Shown: one piece after another, positions 36,026-45,218 of the stretch
How the letters are laid out: every line of letters begins with the position of its first letter
Position numbering within the stretch: position 1 is the first letter of the stretch
NCBI GenBank assembly: GCA_903871905.1
Contig: CAIQIV010000055.1
Span: 1-45,218 of the forward strand
DNA from: an uncultured Chloroflexota bacterium
GTDB lineage: Bacteria; Chloroflexota; Anaerolineae; Anaerolineales; UBA4823
Reading direction: 5' to 3'
DNA: 45,218 nucleotides
The notes under the pieces: generated by a model
Databases searched by the model: none
Told to the model about the DNA's origin: nothing
What the model saw: only the letters and a program-made list of their open reading frames with translations
Program-made: the position numbers and the translations under genes

Positions 36026-36649
36026 TCATATCAGCGTGACCAGGCCGCTGTCCAGGTCATAGCGTGAGCCAACAACTTCCAGCTGGCTGCTCTTTACAAA
36101 CTCTAACAGGATGGGCTCGCTGCTCCTCAATTCACTGGTGATCAACTTGATATTCAAGTCGATTGCATTGGTCACCAGGTCACCCGGCAGGCTGCGCGCC
36201 TGCTCGACTGCCGGCATGATTTTCTCCACAACGCTGGCAATGTGGCCGGGTGCCTCGCCGCCCGCAGCGGTCGCCGATACCGCACCGCATTTCTGGTGCC
36301 CCATGACCAGGATCAGGGGGACCTTCAAGTGCTCCACCGCATACTCGATGCTGCCCAGTGCAATTTCGTCTAAAACATTCCCAGCCGTACGCACTACGAA
36401 GATATCACCCAATCCCTGGTCAAATATGACCTCCGGCGGCACCCGCGAGTCAGAACAGGTCAGCACAATGGCAAAAGGATGCTGGCCTTCCAACAGTTGG
36501 GTCCTGCGCTCCAAACTCTGGTTTGGGTAGGCATTCTGCCCACTGACAAAGCGCTGGTTGCCCTGCAGCAGGATCCCCAGGGCTTCTTTTGCCGTAGCAG
36601 ACCGCATGGATTTCAGAATTTCTTCAACCGCCTTGGAACGTTCCATCAT
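36026..36649 (-). CDS. Beta-class carbonic anhydrase (cytoplasmic paralog)
   Basis: Shares long identical strings with the neighbouring gene ('VLTCSDSRV', 'PEVIFDQG', 'GDIFVVRTAGN', 'EIALGSIEYAVEHL', 'GHQKCGAVSAT', 'GGEAPGHI') but has no signal peptide. Confidence 0.9.
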   Translation of the reverse strand: MMERSKAVEEILKSMRSATAKEALGILLQGNQRFVSGQNAYPNQSLERRTQLLEGQHPFAIVLTCSDSRVPPEVIFDQGLGDIFVVRTAGNVLDEIALGSIEYAVEHLKVPLILVMGHQKCGAVSATAAGGEAPGHIASVVEKIMPAVEQARSLPGDLVTNAIDLNIKLITSELRSSEPILLEFVKSSQLEVVGSRYDLDSGLVTLI

Positions 36650-36664
36650 GACCTCCGCAGAATT

Positions 36665-37699
36665 TTATATCCTCGTTATCGGAGAATTTTGCATTTGCTT
36701 GAGGTCGGCGGCACCACAGGCAAACATTGCCACGCTCATTTCCTGAGTGATTTCATCGATCAACCGCAGCGTCTCCTCTAACGAAACCGCCGCCGCCTTA
36801 AGAAATGGGCCGGCCATTCCTCCCAGGGTCACCCCCAGGGCAATGCACTTGACCATCTCCACCCCATTCCGCAGCCCACCCGAGGCAAACACCAGGCTGT
36901 CAGGTGCAGCCTGACGCACGTTCCGGATCGCCTCGGCGGTTGGGATGCCCCAATCCACAAACGCTGCAGCCAACCGCTTCTGGCTCAGGGTATGGGCGCG
37001 GTGCATCTCCACCTGCGTCCAGGAGGTGCCGCCCGCGCCTGCTACGTCGATCGCCGCCACTCCAGCTTCCGCCAGCAGACGCGCCGCCTTCTCGGAGATT
37101 CCCCAACCAACTTCCTTGGCAATTACTGGCACCTCCAGCCTGTGGCATACTTCTTCCACCCTGGACAGCAGGCCAGAAAAATGCGTCTGCCCCTCTACCT
37201 GGACCGCTTCCTGCAGCGGGTTGAAGTGCAGAATCAAGGCATCAGCGGCGATCATCTCCACTGCCCGGCGGCAGTGGTCCACCCCGTAGCCATAATTAAG
37301 CTGCACTGCTCCCAGGTTGGCAAACAGCAATCCGTCCGGCGCCTGCTGGCGCACCACCTGGAAAGTTGGGGCTAGCTCAGGATGCTCCAGCGCAGCGCGC
37401 TGCGAGCCAACCCCCAGGGCAATGCCCCGCTCGGCGGCGGCTTGGGCCAGGACGCGGTTGATTGCCTCAGCCTCCGGCGTACCGCCAGTCATCGACGAAA
37501 TCAACAACGGGGCGCGCAGCCTCTTCCCGAATAGGTCTAATCCCAGATCGACCTGTTCCAGGTCCAGCTCCGGCAACGCCTGGTGGATCAGGCGGTAGTG
37601 CTCCAACCCGGTGGTCAGCCCCGAGCGCACATCTTCTTCTAGATTGATCCGGATATGATCCGCTTTCCGTGTGCCAATCGGCGTAACTTTTTCCATCAT
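36665..37699 (-). CDS. fni: Type 2 (FMN-dependent) isopentenyl-diphosphate delta-isomerase
   Basis: '[14 protein letters not shown]', '[10 protein letters not shown]', '[10 protein letters not shown]'. TIM-barrel IDI-2 length (344 aa). Confidence 0.92.
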   Translation of the reverse strand: MMEKVTPIGTRKADHIRINLEEDVRSGLTTGLEHYRLIHQALPELDLEQVDLGLDLFGKRLRAPLLISSMTGGTPEAEAINRVLAQAAAERGIALGVGSQRAALEHPELAPTFQVVRQQAPDGLLFANLGAVQLNYGYGVDHCRRAVEMIAADALILHFNPLQEAVQVEGQTHFSGLLSRVEEVCHRLEVPVIAKEVGWGISEKAARLLAEAGVAAIDVAGAGGTSWTQVEMHRAHTLSQKRLAAAFVDWGIPTAEAIRNVRQAAPDSLVFASGGLRNGVEMVKCIALGVTLGGMAGPFLKAAAVSLEETLRLIDEITQEMSVAMFACGAADLKQMQNSPITRI

Positions 37700-37758
37700 T
37701 CGGTGTTCCTGTAAGTTAGAGCGATCTTACCAGCCCAGAAAACGACTGTCAATCAGAC

Positions 37759-37786
37759 TTGACAGATTGCACGGGCAGGTTACAAT
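37759..37786 (+). promoter_or_regulatory. Candidate sigma-70-type promoter for acpP
   Basis: TTGACA (37759-37764), a 16-nt spacer, then TACAAT (37781-37786). AGGAGGA SD upstream of ATG 37826. Confidence 0.5.
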
Positions 37787-37825
37787 TGCCCCATCCCGAA
37801 ACGATCATTCTCAGGAGGAAGGTCT

Positions 37826-38065
37826 ATGTCTGAACAGGAAACCTTTGAAAAGGTGAAAGAAATTGTTGTGGATTTACTTGGCGTGGATGCGGAAAAAGTG
37901 ACACTCGAGGCGCGCTTCCGCGAGGACCTGCAGGCTGATTCGCTCGACCTGGTCGAGTTGATCATGGCTTTTGAGGACAAGTTTGGTGGTGAGATTTCCG
38001 ACGAGGAAGTACAGAAAATTGCCACGGTTGGCGACGCAGTCACTTATCTCGAATCGCATAAATAA
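37826..38065 (+). CDS. acpP: Acyl carrier protein
   Basis: Phosphopantetheine site '[16 protein letters not shown]'. 79 aa. Confidence 0.95.
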   Translation: MSEQETFEKVKEIVVDLLGVDAEKVTLEARFREDLQADSLDLVELIMAFEDKFGGEISDEEVQKIATVGDAVTYLESHK

Positions 38066-38084
38066 CTCTGCAGGCCTTATTGAA

Positions 38085-38116
38085 AAGAACCGCTCTAACA
38101 GGGCGGTTCTTTCTTT
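38085..38116 (+). terminator. Intrinsic terminator of acpP
   Basis: AAGAACCGC-loop-GCGGTTCTT followed by TCTTTG. Confidence 0.7.
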
Positions 38117-38133
38117 GTAAAAAACAAACACAC

Positions 38134-38169
38134 AAAAAACCAGGAACTCCAGTAAAAAGAAGTTCCTGG
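38134..38169 (-). terminator. Intrinsic terminator of sucCD
   Basis: On the minus strand: CCAGGAACT-loop-AGTTCCTGG followed by TTTTTTGTGTG. Confidence 0.75.
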
Positions 38170-38189
38170 TCCAGTTCTCAAGAACCGCC

Positions 38190-39053
38190 TCAGGCGAGCA
38201 GAGAGGGGATCTCCTCCGGGTGACGCGCCACGCGCACCCCGGCAGACTCCAGGGCTTTCACCTTATCTGCCGCCAATCCTGATCCACCCTCGACAATTGC
38301 TCCCGCATGCCCCATGCGCTTTCCTGGGGGCGCCGTCTGGCCGGCAATGAACGCCACCACCGGCTTGGTCATGTGGTCAGCGATAAACTCCGCCGCCTTT
38401 TCCTCGTCAGAGCCGCCGATCTCGCCGATCAGCACCACCTGGTCGGTATGCGGATCCTCTTCAAAAAGCGCCAGGCAGTCAATAAAATTGGTCCCGTTGA
38501 TCGGGTCGCCGCCAATCCCCACACACGTGCTGGCACCTTTACCGACCTGCTTCAGGGCATACAACACTTCGTAGGTCAGGGTGCCAGAGCGAGAAACCAC
38601 CCCAGTCCGCCCGGGCATCGAGATGTTGCCCGGGATAATCCCCACCTTGGCTTCGCCGGGGGTCAGCAGGCCAGGGCAGTTTGGCCCCACCAGGCGTACT
38701 TTCTTCTGGTCCAGGTAGTTGCGCACGCGCATCATGTCTTGCACCGGGATGCCTTCCGTGATGCACACAATCAGTTCCACCCCGGCATCCGCCGCTTCAA
38801 AGATCGAGTCCGCGGCAAAGCGCGCCGGGACAAAACTGATGGTGGTGTTGGCGCCGGTCGCTTCCACGGCTATTTTAATCGAATCAAACACGGGTATCCG
38901 GCCATCCAGCACCCATTCGCCACCCTTGCCGGGCGTGACGCCTGCCACCACCGAAGTGCCGTAGGCTACCATCGCCTGCGTATGGAACAGGCCCTCGTTC
39001 CCGGTGATCCCCTGCACCAGGAGGCGTGTGTTCTTGTTAACCAGGATGCTCAT
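38190..39053 (-). CDS. sucD: Succinate--CoA ligase subunit alpha
   Basis: '[13 protein letters not shown]', and phospho-His context 'GHAGAIV'. Confidence 0.96.
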   Translation of the reverse strand: MSILVNKNTRLLVQGITGNEGLFHTQAMVAYGTSVVAGVTPGKGGEWVLDGRIPVFDSIKIAVEATGANTTISFVPARFAADSIFEAADAGVELIVCITEGIPVQDMMRVRNYLDQKKVRLVGPNCPGLLTPGEAKVGIIPGNISMPGRTGVVSRSGTLTYEVLYALKQVGKGASTCVGIGGDPINGTNFIDCLALFEEDPHTDQVVLIGEIGGSDEEKAAEFIADHMTKPVVAFIAGQTAPPGKRMGHAGAIVEGGSGLAADKVKALESAGVRVARHPEEIPSLLA

Positions 39054-39072
39054 CTTTGCTTACCTCCGCTGC

Positions 39073-40221
39073 CTATTCCATCATCGGCTGGCCAGCCGCC
39101 ACGGCCACTGACTTCTGCGCCGCATCTGCCAGCGTATCGGCAGTGATCATTTTCGCATTCTGCAGAATCTTGCGGCCTTCCTCATAGTTTGTGCCAACCA
39201 GGCGCACCACCATAGGCACCTGGGTGCGTATCTCTGCCATGGCTGCCAGGATACCCCGCGCCACCTCATCACAGCGCGTGATTCCTCCAAAAACGTTCAA
39301 CAACACGGCCTTGACATTGCCATCGCTCAGGATAATGCGCAGTGCGGCCGCCACCTTTTCGGCGTTGGCGCCGCCGCCAATATCCAGGAAATTCGCCGGC
39401 GACCCGCCGTACAGCTTGATGATGTCCATGGTGGTCATCGCCAAACCGGCGCCATTGACCATGCAGCCGATGGTGCCGTCCAGCTTGATGTACGACAGGC
39501 CAAACTTGCGCGCCTCGATTTCGGACGGCGCTTCCACATCCAGGTCCCGCATTTCGCCCAGGTCCGGATGACGGAACAGGGCATTGTCATCCACCACCAT
39601 CTTACCGTCCAGGGCTACCAGCCGGTTATCTGCAGTAATCACCAGCGGATTGATCTCGGCCAGCGTGGCGTCGTTATCCACGTAAGCCTGCCACAAACCC
39701 CGGGTGATCTGCCCAAACAGGCGCCAGTGCTCGCGCGGCAGATCAATCCCCGTGGCAATATCCCGGCCCTGGTAATCACGCAGCCCCAACAAGGGATCAA
39801 TATGGATCTTGACGATCTTCTCCGGCGACTGTTTGGCCACATCTTCGATCTCAACCCCTCCTGCCGCCGAAGCCATCATTACCGGCTTGCGCGCCGCCCG
39901 GTCGTTGGTGATCCCCAGATAAATCTCCTTCTCGATGCGCGCCGCCTCGTCAACCAGCACCTTACGCACCGGAAGACCCTTGATCTCCATGGACAGGATC
40001 TGCGAAGCAAGCGCTGCCGCCTCTTCCGGGCTTTTTGCCAGCTTGATACCGCCTGCTTTGCCACGCCCCCCAACCAGTACCTGTGATTTGACCACCACGC
40101 GGCCGCCCAGTTCCTCTGCGATATTGCGCGCGTCAACGGACGTGGCCGCGACCCTCCCCTTGGGGATTGGAATGCCATAGCGTGCGAAAATTTGTTTGGA
40201 TTGATACTCGTGAAGTTTCAT
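39073..40221 (-). CDS. sucC: Succinate--CoA ligase (ADP-forming) subunit beta
   Basis: '[22 protein letters not shown]'. ATP-grasp plus CoA-ligase domains. The start is ATG 40221; the track ORF is over-extended by 10 codons. Confidence 0.95.
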   Translation of the reverse strand: MKLHEYQSKQIFARYGIPIPKGRVAATSVDARNIAEELGGRVVVKSQVLVGGRGKAGGIKLAKSPEEAAALASQILSMEIKGLPVRKVLVDEAARIEKEIYLGITNDRAARKPVMMASAAGGVEIEDVAKQSPEKIVKIHIDPLLGLRDYQGRDIATGIDLPREHWRLFGQITRGLWQAYVDNDATLAEINPLVITADNRLVALDGKMVVDDNALFRHPDLGEMRDLDVEAPSEIEARKFGLSYIKLDGTIGCMVNGAGLAMTTMDIIKLYGGSPANFLDIGGGANAEKVAAALRIILSDGNVKAVLLNVFGGITRCDEVARGILAAMAEIRTQVPMVVRLVGTNYEEGRKILQNAKMITADTLADAAQKSVAVAAGQPMME

Positions 40222-40281
40222 CCAGTCCTGCTCCCCAGAATAATGTGCCAATATTTCTGGCTTTGCGAGTTACGCTCAAGA

Positions 40282-40290
40282 ATTATACCA
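40282..40290 (-). promoter_or_regulatory. Candidate extended -10 promoter (TGGTATAAT) for sucCD
   Basis: The minus strand reads TGGTATAAT, immediately downstream of the tRNA-Gln terminator. Confidence 0.4.
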
Positions 40291-40296
40291 CCAGAC

Positions 40297-40328
40297 ATAA
40301 AAACTCTCTCAATCCAGGTTGAGAGAGT
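40297..40328 (-). terminator. Intrinsic terminator downstream of tRNA-Gln
   Basis: On the minus strand: ACTCTCTCAA-CCTGGA-TTGAGAGAGT followed by TTTTTA. Confidence 0.8.
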
Positions 40329-40341
40329 TTAGTGCTTGAGG

Positions 40342-40412
40342 CTGGGGCTCAGGGATTCGAACCCCGGCATACAGATCCAGAGTCTGCTGTCCTACCACTA
40401 GACGAAGCCCCA
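40342..40412 (-). tRNA. tRNA-Gln (anticodon CTG)
   Basis: Hand-folded 71-nt cloverleaf. Acceptor TGGGGCT/AGCCCCA (U1-A72, as in bacterial tRNA-Gln), D arm GTCT-AGTGGTA-GGAC, anticodon loop CTCTGGA, T arm CGGGG-TTCGAAT-CCCTG, discriminator G. Confidence 0.88.
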
Positions 40413-40425
40413 GCGAGCGAAAGGC

Positions 40426-40454
40426 ATTTTACCACCGAAAAGCGCAACTGTCAA
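40426..40454 (-). promoter_or_regulatory. Candidate sigma-70-type promoter for tRNA-Gln
   Basis: On the minus strand: TTGACA, a 17-nt spacer, then TAAAAT. It ends 13 nt upstream of the mature tRNA 5' end. Confidence 0.55.
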
Positions 40455-40509
40455 AGGGAGTTTGCCTGTTCTGCCCGGCTTTATTTCCCGCCGTGGTTTC
40501 CCGCCGGGG

Positions 40510-41697
40510 TTAATCAAACTCCAGCGACTTGTGACGCAGAATCACGCTTTCCACCAGGCCGATCCCCATCAAGGCCGAGAGCAAAGAGCTGCCCCCATAA
40601 CTGAAGAACGGTAGGGTCAATCCAGTGGCTGGCATCAGGTTGAGGTTCACGCCGATATTCACCACCGCCTGGAAGGTAAACCAGGTGGCAACGCCGTAGC
40701 AGATCAGTGCACCAAAGGTGTCTCGCGCCAGGCGCGCCGTGCGCAGGATACGGTAGATGATAAACAAGAAAACCAGGATCACCACCAGCGCGCCAATAAA
40801 GCCAAATTCCTGCGCCATCGCCGAGAAAATGAAATCCGACCAGCGCACCTTCAGAAAACGCAGCTGCACCTGTGTACCCAGCCCGTAACCCTGCCCGCTC
40901 AAGCCGCCAGAGCCAATAGCGATCAATGCCTGCTGGATGTTGTAAATATCCCCATGCCGCGCATTGGGATCAGGGAACAGAAAGTTCATGATACGCTTCT
41001 GCTGGTAGTCGACCAGGAAGGGAAAGCTGATCACCGGCAGAACGGCGCCAACAGCAATAAACAAGAAAAGGTGTTTCAAGCGCAGCCCACTGGCCCACAG
41101 CAGGGTGAACCACATCACCATCATCACAATCGACGTGCTGAGGTTGGGCTGGAGCAGAATCCAAACCACGATGCCCATGGTCAGCACCAGGCTGCGGAAC
41201 ACCCACATCAGGTCGCCCACCTTATCATGATTGGCAGCAAAGAACTCCGCCAGCACCAGGATCATTACTATCTTGGCAATCTCGGAAGGTTGGATCAGAA
41301 TCACCCCTGTGTCAAACCAGCGCGCCGAGCCGTATAGGGCCGAGCCCACGATATACAGCACCGCCAGCAGCACCGCCGTTCCAATGTACAGCGGGCGGTT
41401 AATCGATGACCACAGGTGATAATCGATCGCCGCGGTCACAAACATGATCACAAAACCCGCTGCGGCAAAAATCATCTGCCGCTGCACCAGGTCCAGCTCG
41501 ACCAGTTCAACGTTTCCTGCCACTGCCGAGCGGATCATGGTTATCCCCAGGATCACCAGCACCGCCACTGCCCCCAGCAGCAGGAAGTCGAAATGCTTCC
41601 AGGCGGTACGCGTGGTGGTATGCGAGGCGCGCGAGGCAGGATGCGCAGTAGCCAGATTACCTCCGCCGTGAATCCGAGCGCAGAGGGATATCGGCAA
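40510..41697 (-). CDS. rodA: Rod shape-determining protein RodA (FtsW/RodA/SpoVE SEDS family)
   Basis: Polytopic SEDS profile: 'DFLLLGAVAVLVILG', 'QPSEIAKI', C-terminal 'LPFFSYGGSSLL'. The only in-frame upstream start is TTG 41697, which overlaps minE by 41 nt, so the start is uncertain. Confidence 0.85.
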   Translation of the reverse strand: MPISLCARIHGGGNLATAHPASRASHTTTRTAWKHFDFLLLGAVAVLVILGITMIRSAVAGNVELVELDLVQRQMIFAAAGFVIMFVTAAIDYHLWSSINRPLYIGTAVLLAVLYIVGSALYGSARWFDTGVILIQPSEIAKIVMILVLAEFFAANHDKVGDLMWVFRSLVLTMGIVVWILLQPNLSTSIVMMVMWFTLLWASGLRLKHLFLFIAVGAVLPVISFPFLVDYQQKRIMNFLFPDPNARHGDIYNIQQALIAIGSGGLSGQGYGLGTQVQLRFLKVRWSDFIFSAMAQEFGFIGALVVILVFLFIIYRILRTARLARDTFGALICYGVATWFTFQAVVNIGVNLNLMPATGLTLPFFSYGGSSLLSALMGIGLVESVILRHKSLEFD

Positions 41698-41920
41698 TCA
41701 GGCGCTGTTCACGCCCTTCGTGAGACATCTCGATCCGTACAGCCTCCGGATCAATCTCAATATAGCGCGAAATGACACCGATCAGTTCATCCTTCAAGCG
41801 ATCCAGGGCCTCTGGGGTAATGTTGGTGCGGTCATGGATCAGCACCAGCTTCATCCGCTCCTTCGCCGTTTGGGCGCTCTTGGTCGGTCGGTTCAGCAGC
41901 CGGTCCATAAAGCTGGTCAT
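41657..41920 (-). CDS. minE: Cell division topological specificity factor MinE
   Basis: 'AKERMKLVLIHDR...'. ATG 41920 is preceded by AGGAGGG. The track ORF is over-extended into minD. Confidence 0.88.
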   Translation of the reverse strand: MTSFMDRLLNRPTKSAQTAKERMKLVLIHDRTNITPEALDRLKDELIGVISRYIEIDPEAVRIEMSHEGREQRLIADIPLRSDSRRR

Positions 41921-41921
41921 T

Positions 41922-42725
41922 TTAATTCCCTCCTGGGCGCATCCAGCGCGACAGCTTGGCAAAAAAGCCGCTCTCCTCTTCAATTTCCATGAAGGGTACC
42001 TTCTCGCCCTGCAGGCGCCTGGCAATATTGCGGAACGCCTGGCCTGCCCGGCTTTTTCCATCCAGCACCACCGGCTGCCCCCGGTTGGTGCTGGTCAGCA
42101 CCGATTCATCATCCGGCACCATGCCGATCAGCTCAACAGCCAGCAGCTCCAGCACATCCTCCACAGAGAGCATATCCCCACGCTGCACCATGCTGGGCTT
42201 TAGGCGGTTGATCAACAGTTGGGCGGGTCCCTTCTCCTCGGCTTCCACCAGGCCGATGATGCGGTCCGCATCACGCACCGCTGAGACCTCAGGATTGGTG
42301 ACCACCAGCACCTTGTCCGCTGGCGCTACCGCATTGCGAAAACCCCGCTCGATCCCCGCCGGCGAGTCGATTAAGATCCAATCAAATTCATCGCGCAGTT
42401 CATTGCACAGGCGCACCATGTCACTGGGCGAGACGGCGCTCTTGTCCCGGGTCTGGGCAGCCGGGATCAGGAACAGTTCCGGCAAACGCTTGTCCCGGAT
42501 CATCGCCTGGCGAAGCCGGCAGCGGCCTTCAACAATATCCACCAGATCGTATACGATGCGGTTCTCCAGGCCCAGGACCACATCCAGGTTACGCAGGCCG
42601 ATATCTGCGTCAATGCATACGACCTTCATACCCCCGGCTGCCAGGGCGGCAGCCAGGTTTGCGGTAGCAGTGGTTTTTCCCACCCCACCTTTCCCTGATG
42701 TTATGGTGACGACTCTCCCGCTCAT
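41922..42725 (-). CDS. minD: Septum site-determining ATPase MinD
   Basis: Deviant Walker A 'TSGKGGVGKTT', and a C-terminal amphipathic tail. The start is ATG 42725 (GAAGGAAG upstream). Confidence 0.95.
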   Translation of the reverse strand: MSGRVVTITSGKGGVGKTTATANLAAALAAGGMKVVCIDADIGLRNLDVVLGLENRIVYDLVDIVEGRCRLRQAMIRDKRLPELFLIPAAQTRDKSAVSPSDMVRLCNELRDEFDWILIDSPAGIERGFRNAVAPADKVLVVTNPEVSAVRDADRIIGLVEAEEKGPAQLLINRLKPSMVQRGDMLSVEDVLELLAVELIGMVPDDESVLTSTNRGQPVVLDGKSRAGQAFRNIARRLQGEKVPFMEIEEESGFFAKLSRWMRPGGN

Positions 42726-42735
42726 GCTTCCTTCT

Positions 42736-43428
42736 TCATTTGCTTTTTGGGTTCCACGGCTCGGCGACAACCTGGCCGTCGTGTAAATACGCCTTTTCCG
42801 GCTGGGGCTTGTTCTTGCGCCCAGGCGTCACGGCAATCCGCCCGGCGATGCGCAGCTGGGTGGGCGACAGATCCAGGGCGCACACCACCGCGCTTTCATC
42901 CCCTTCTGCCCCCGCATGCACCATGCCGCGCAGCCGTCCCCACACCAACACATTTCCTGCTGCAACCACCTCTGCCCCAGGATTGACATCTCCCAGGATA
43001 GTAACATGCCCCGCATACTGCACGCTGAAACCGGAGCGCAGCGTGTGGCTCACCAGGATGGCTGCCTCGCCCGTGCGCAGGATGGTATCGACCTCCGGGT
43101 CATCTGGCTCAGGGCGGCCGCGGCCCAGGCTGGTATCCAGTCCCAGGCTTTTCGCGTTCTGCTCTGTCATCGCAGAACGGCTCAAGACAACCCCTAGGAC
43201 CATGCCACGCTCAGAAACCTGGCTGCGCAGATCGCCCAGTTCTGCAGCCTTGAGTGACATACCGCCTATATCCAGCACCAGGCGCGCTCCGCGGAAGAAT
43301 TCTGCCTGCTGGTCCAGCTGCTCGAACAGCTGCTGGCGAAGCGCTCCCCACTCCCCATCGCCCAGGACAACCAGCACCCCATCACCCATACCTTTTATTT
43401 GGATTTGAGATCGTACTCCGGTATCCAT
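42736..43428 (-). CDS. minC: Septum site-determining protein MinC
   Basis: C-terminal beta-helix pattern 'ILGDVNPGAEVVAAGNVLVWGRLRGMVHAG'. The start is probably ATG 43428, just after the mrdA stop. Confidence 0.85.
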   Translation of the reverse strand: MDTGVRSQIQIKGMGDGVLVVLGDGEWGALRQQLFEQLDQQAEFFRGARLVLDIGGMSLKAAELGDLRSQVSERGMVLGVVLSRSAMTEQNAKSLGLDTSLGRGRPEPDDPEVDTILRTGEAAILVSHTLRSGFSVQYAGHVTILGDVNPGAEVVAAGNVLVWGRLRGMVHAGAEGDESAVVCALDLSPTQLRIAGRIAVTPGRKNKPQPEKAYLHDGQVVAEPWNPKSK

Positions 43429-43435
43429 CTTTTCC

Positions 43436-45218
43436 CTATTTCGCCTGCGCAGCAGTATCAATTGCTTTCAGCTCAAAGTAGGCTTCCAGCACCCGGCGCA
43501 CGATGGGTCCCGAAACCGTGGAGCCTTCGGTTCCATTGTACACAAAAGCCACCACCGCGATCTCGGGATTATCATATGGGGCAAAAGCCACTGTCCAGGC
43601 GTGCGAAGGCCAGTTTCCCGGGATGCAGCGGTTCTTAGCATTGGCATACTTGTCGCAGTATTCAGCCGTGCCGGTCTTGCCCGCCGCGGCAATGGTGGCG
43701 CCGGCAAACCGGTCCTTCAGCGTGCCCTGTGTGACGGCCAGGCGCATCCCCTCGCGCACTTTCTCCAACACCCAGGGCTGCACCGTTTTCTTCTTGCCGG
43801 TGATCGGCTCGCAGCCGCGCACCGTGGTCGGGTTGAACTCCTGGATCACCGGGTCACGCGTCAGATCCCATTTCACCTTTGGCTCAAAAGGCTGCGCCAA
43901 CGAGCCATCGATCTCCAGGACGTCCTTGATCAGGGTTGGTTGCATATACTTTCCGTTGTTGGCGATAATTGCCGCCGAGAGCAGCACCTGGATGGGCGTC
44001 GCCAGCACATACCCCTGTCCCACGCTGGCAATATAGGTATCTCCGGAGGACCAGCTCTCAGACAGGTTAATACGCTTCCATGCCGGGTCCGGGATCAGCC
44101 CCTTTTCTTCATCAGGCAGACCCACCCCCGGCGCAGCCCCAAAGCCCAGCGCCGCAGCGTAGGTCCCCAGGCGGCAGATTCCCAGCCCATCGGGAACCTC
44201 GCTCTTGTAACCGCCGCCCAGCTTGTAGAAATAGACATTGCTGGAGTTTGCCAGGCCGTGGATGAAATCCTGCTGTCCGAAGCCGGCTTTGTTCCAATCG
44301 ACAAACTCGCGCGATTTGCCCGGATCGTTAGCATAATATTTCTCGGTGACGATCAACTTTGGCGGGGTTTCAATCCACTGGTCCGGTGTTACCACGCCCT
44401 CGTTCAGCGCGCCGGTGCCAGTCACCAGCTTGAATACCGACCCGGCAGGCAAAATATCGCCCACGGCGTGGTTAAGCAGCGGATTGGCCGGGTCGCTGAT
44501 CAACTGGTTGTAATAGTATGAAGGAATCAACCGCGCCATGCGGTTGTTCTCGTAAGTCGGGTGAGAGATCATAGCCAGGATTTCACCCGTACGAGGGTTG
44601 ATGGCAATCACCACCCCCGATGAATAACGGATCTCGCCGAAATAATTATTCCAGTCCTGTAGCTCGTTGACCAGAATCTCCTGCGCCGCCTGCTGCAGGC
44701 GTGTATCGATGGTCAGGCGCAGCCCCTGGCCCGGGCGAGCTCCAACGGGCACGTCCAGGTCCTTGATCTCACGACCGCCAACGTCGATCTGCATCACCCG
44801 CCGCCCATTTTTCCCGGCCAACAGGTCCTGGTACTGCAGTTCGACACCTGCATAGCCCACCTTATCCCGGTTGGGGACCAACCCTTTGTCCACATACTCC
44901 TGCTCCTGCGCCGCAGGGATGGGCCCCAGGAAGCCAACAATAGAGGATGTGACCGATCCGGTAGGATAATCGCGGATCGGCTGGATTTCCACCGACACCC
45001 CGGGCCAATCCACCGCCTTCTCCTGGATCAGCATTGCCATGCGCTGGTCAATGTCACATTTCACCCTGACCGCCTCATAAGGCGTGGAGGATGAGCCGTA
45101 CTCAGCAATCTGGGCGATGCCATGATCTGAGATACATGGGACATAGGGGGTCTGCTCGCTGATTTCCCCCTGATTTACCGGCACATTGATCATCGCCGAA
45201 AGCTGCCGGAAGATCTCC
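43436..45218 (-). CDS. mrdA: Penicillin-binding protein 2 (elongasome transpeptidase), 5'-partial at the window edge
   Basis: Transpeptidase motifs 'GSVFK' (SxxK), 'NSSN' (SxN) and 'KTGTA'. The frame stays open from 45193 to the window end and the N-terminal TM helix is missing. Confidence 0.9.
   Translation of the reverse strand, partial: EIFRQLSAMINVPVNQGEISEQTPYVPCISDHGIAQIAEYGSSSTPYEAVRVKCDIDQRMAMLIQEKAVDWPGVSVEIQPIRDYPTGSVTSSIVGFLGPIPAAQEQEYVDKGLVPNRDKVGYAGVELQYQDLLAGKNGRRVMQIDVGGREIKDLDVPVGARPGQGLRLTIDTRLQQAAQEILVNELQDWNNYFGEIRYSSGVVIAINPRTGEILAMISHPTYENNRMARLIPSYYYNQLISDPANPLLNHAVGDILPAGSVFKLVTGTGALNEGVVTPDQWIETPPKLIVTEKYYANDPGKSREFVDWNKAGFGQQDFIHGLANSSNVYFYKLGGGYKSEVPDGLGICRLGTYAAALGFGAAPGVGLPDEEKGLIPDPAWKRINLSESWSSGDTYIASVGQGYVLATPIQVLLSAAIIANNGKYMQPTLIKDVLEIDGSLAQPFEPKVKWDLTRDPVIQEFNPTTVRGCEPITGKKKTVQPWVLEKVREGMRLAVTQGTLKDRFAGATIAAAGKTGTAEYCDKYANAKNRCIPGNWPSHAWTVAFAPYDNPEIAVVAFVYNGTEGSTVSGPIVRRVLEAYFELKAIDTAAQAK

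Noticed and set aside
40455-40509. Direct repeat GGCGGGAAA x2 and a CCCGGC...GCCGGG pairing downstream of rodA, considered as a terminator.
   Set aside because: The loop is more than 20 nt and there is no U-tract on the minus strand. This may simply be spacer sequence upstream of the tRNA-Gln promoter.

Overview
High-GC bacterial chromosomal window. Gene content loosely suggests a Chloroflexota/Anaerolineae-like organism, but that is inference only. It is densely packed with about 45 protein genes, mostly housekeeping, and 2 tRNAs. In order: a 5'-truncated hypothetical gene and a small partner gene; tRNA-Arg(TCT); hsp20; lonA; an orphan receiver; a PHP/AlbA_2 fusion protein; a GNAT; mogA; an EamA transporter; a large secreted protein built from three ~200-aa repeats; a membrane-fused spermidine-synthase-like protein with a DUF1461/Lit-like protein; gpmA; a sugar-type ABC ATPase; mutS; dinB; an FGE/SUMF1-domain protein; a 3-gene ABC-2 transporter; qor; an 829-aa polytopic membrane protein; prfB (with the classical +1 frameshift, which the ORF track splits); ftsY; an M32 carboxypeptidase; an SNase/Excalibur lipoprotein; an npdG-like reductase divergent from a TetR gene, with repeated operators between them; hemW; a polyprenyl synthase; two tandem beta-carbonic anhydrases (one Tat-exported); idi-2; acpP; sucDC; tRNA-Gln(CTG); and a partial mrdA-minCDE-rodA morphogenesis cluster. 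I saw no CRISPR array, transposase, integrase, prophage or recognisable defence system. The many long ORFs antisense to these genes are high-GC shadow ORFs. The least explained items are: (i) the receiver plus PHP-phosphoesterase/AlbA_2 fusion tightly coupled downstream of lon; (ii) a ~174-bp AT-rich imperfect palindrome with perfect 16-bp termini that fills the qor/membrane-protein convergent gap; (iii) the triple-repeat secreted protein; and (iv) the unknown gene pair at the window start. None of these can be shown from sequence alone to be a new system.
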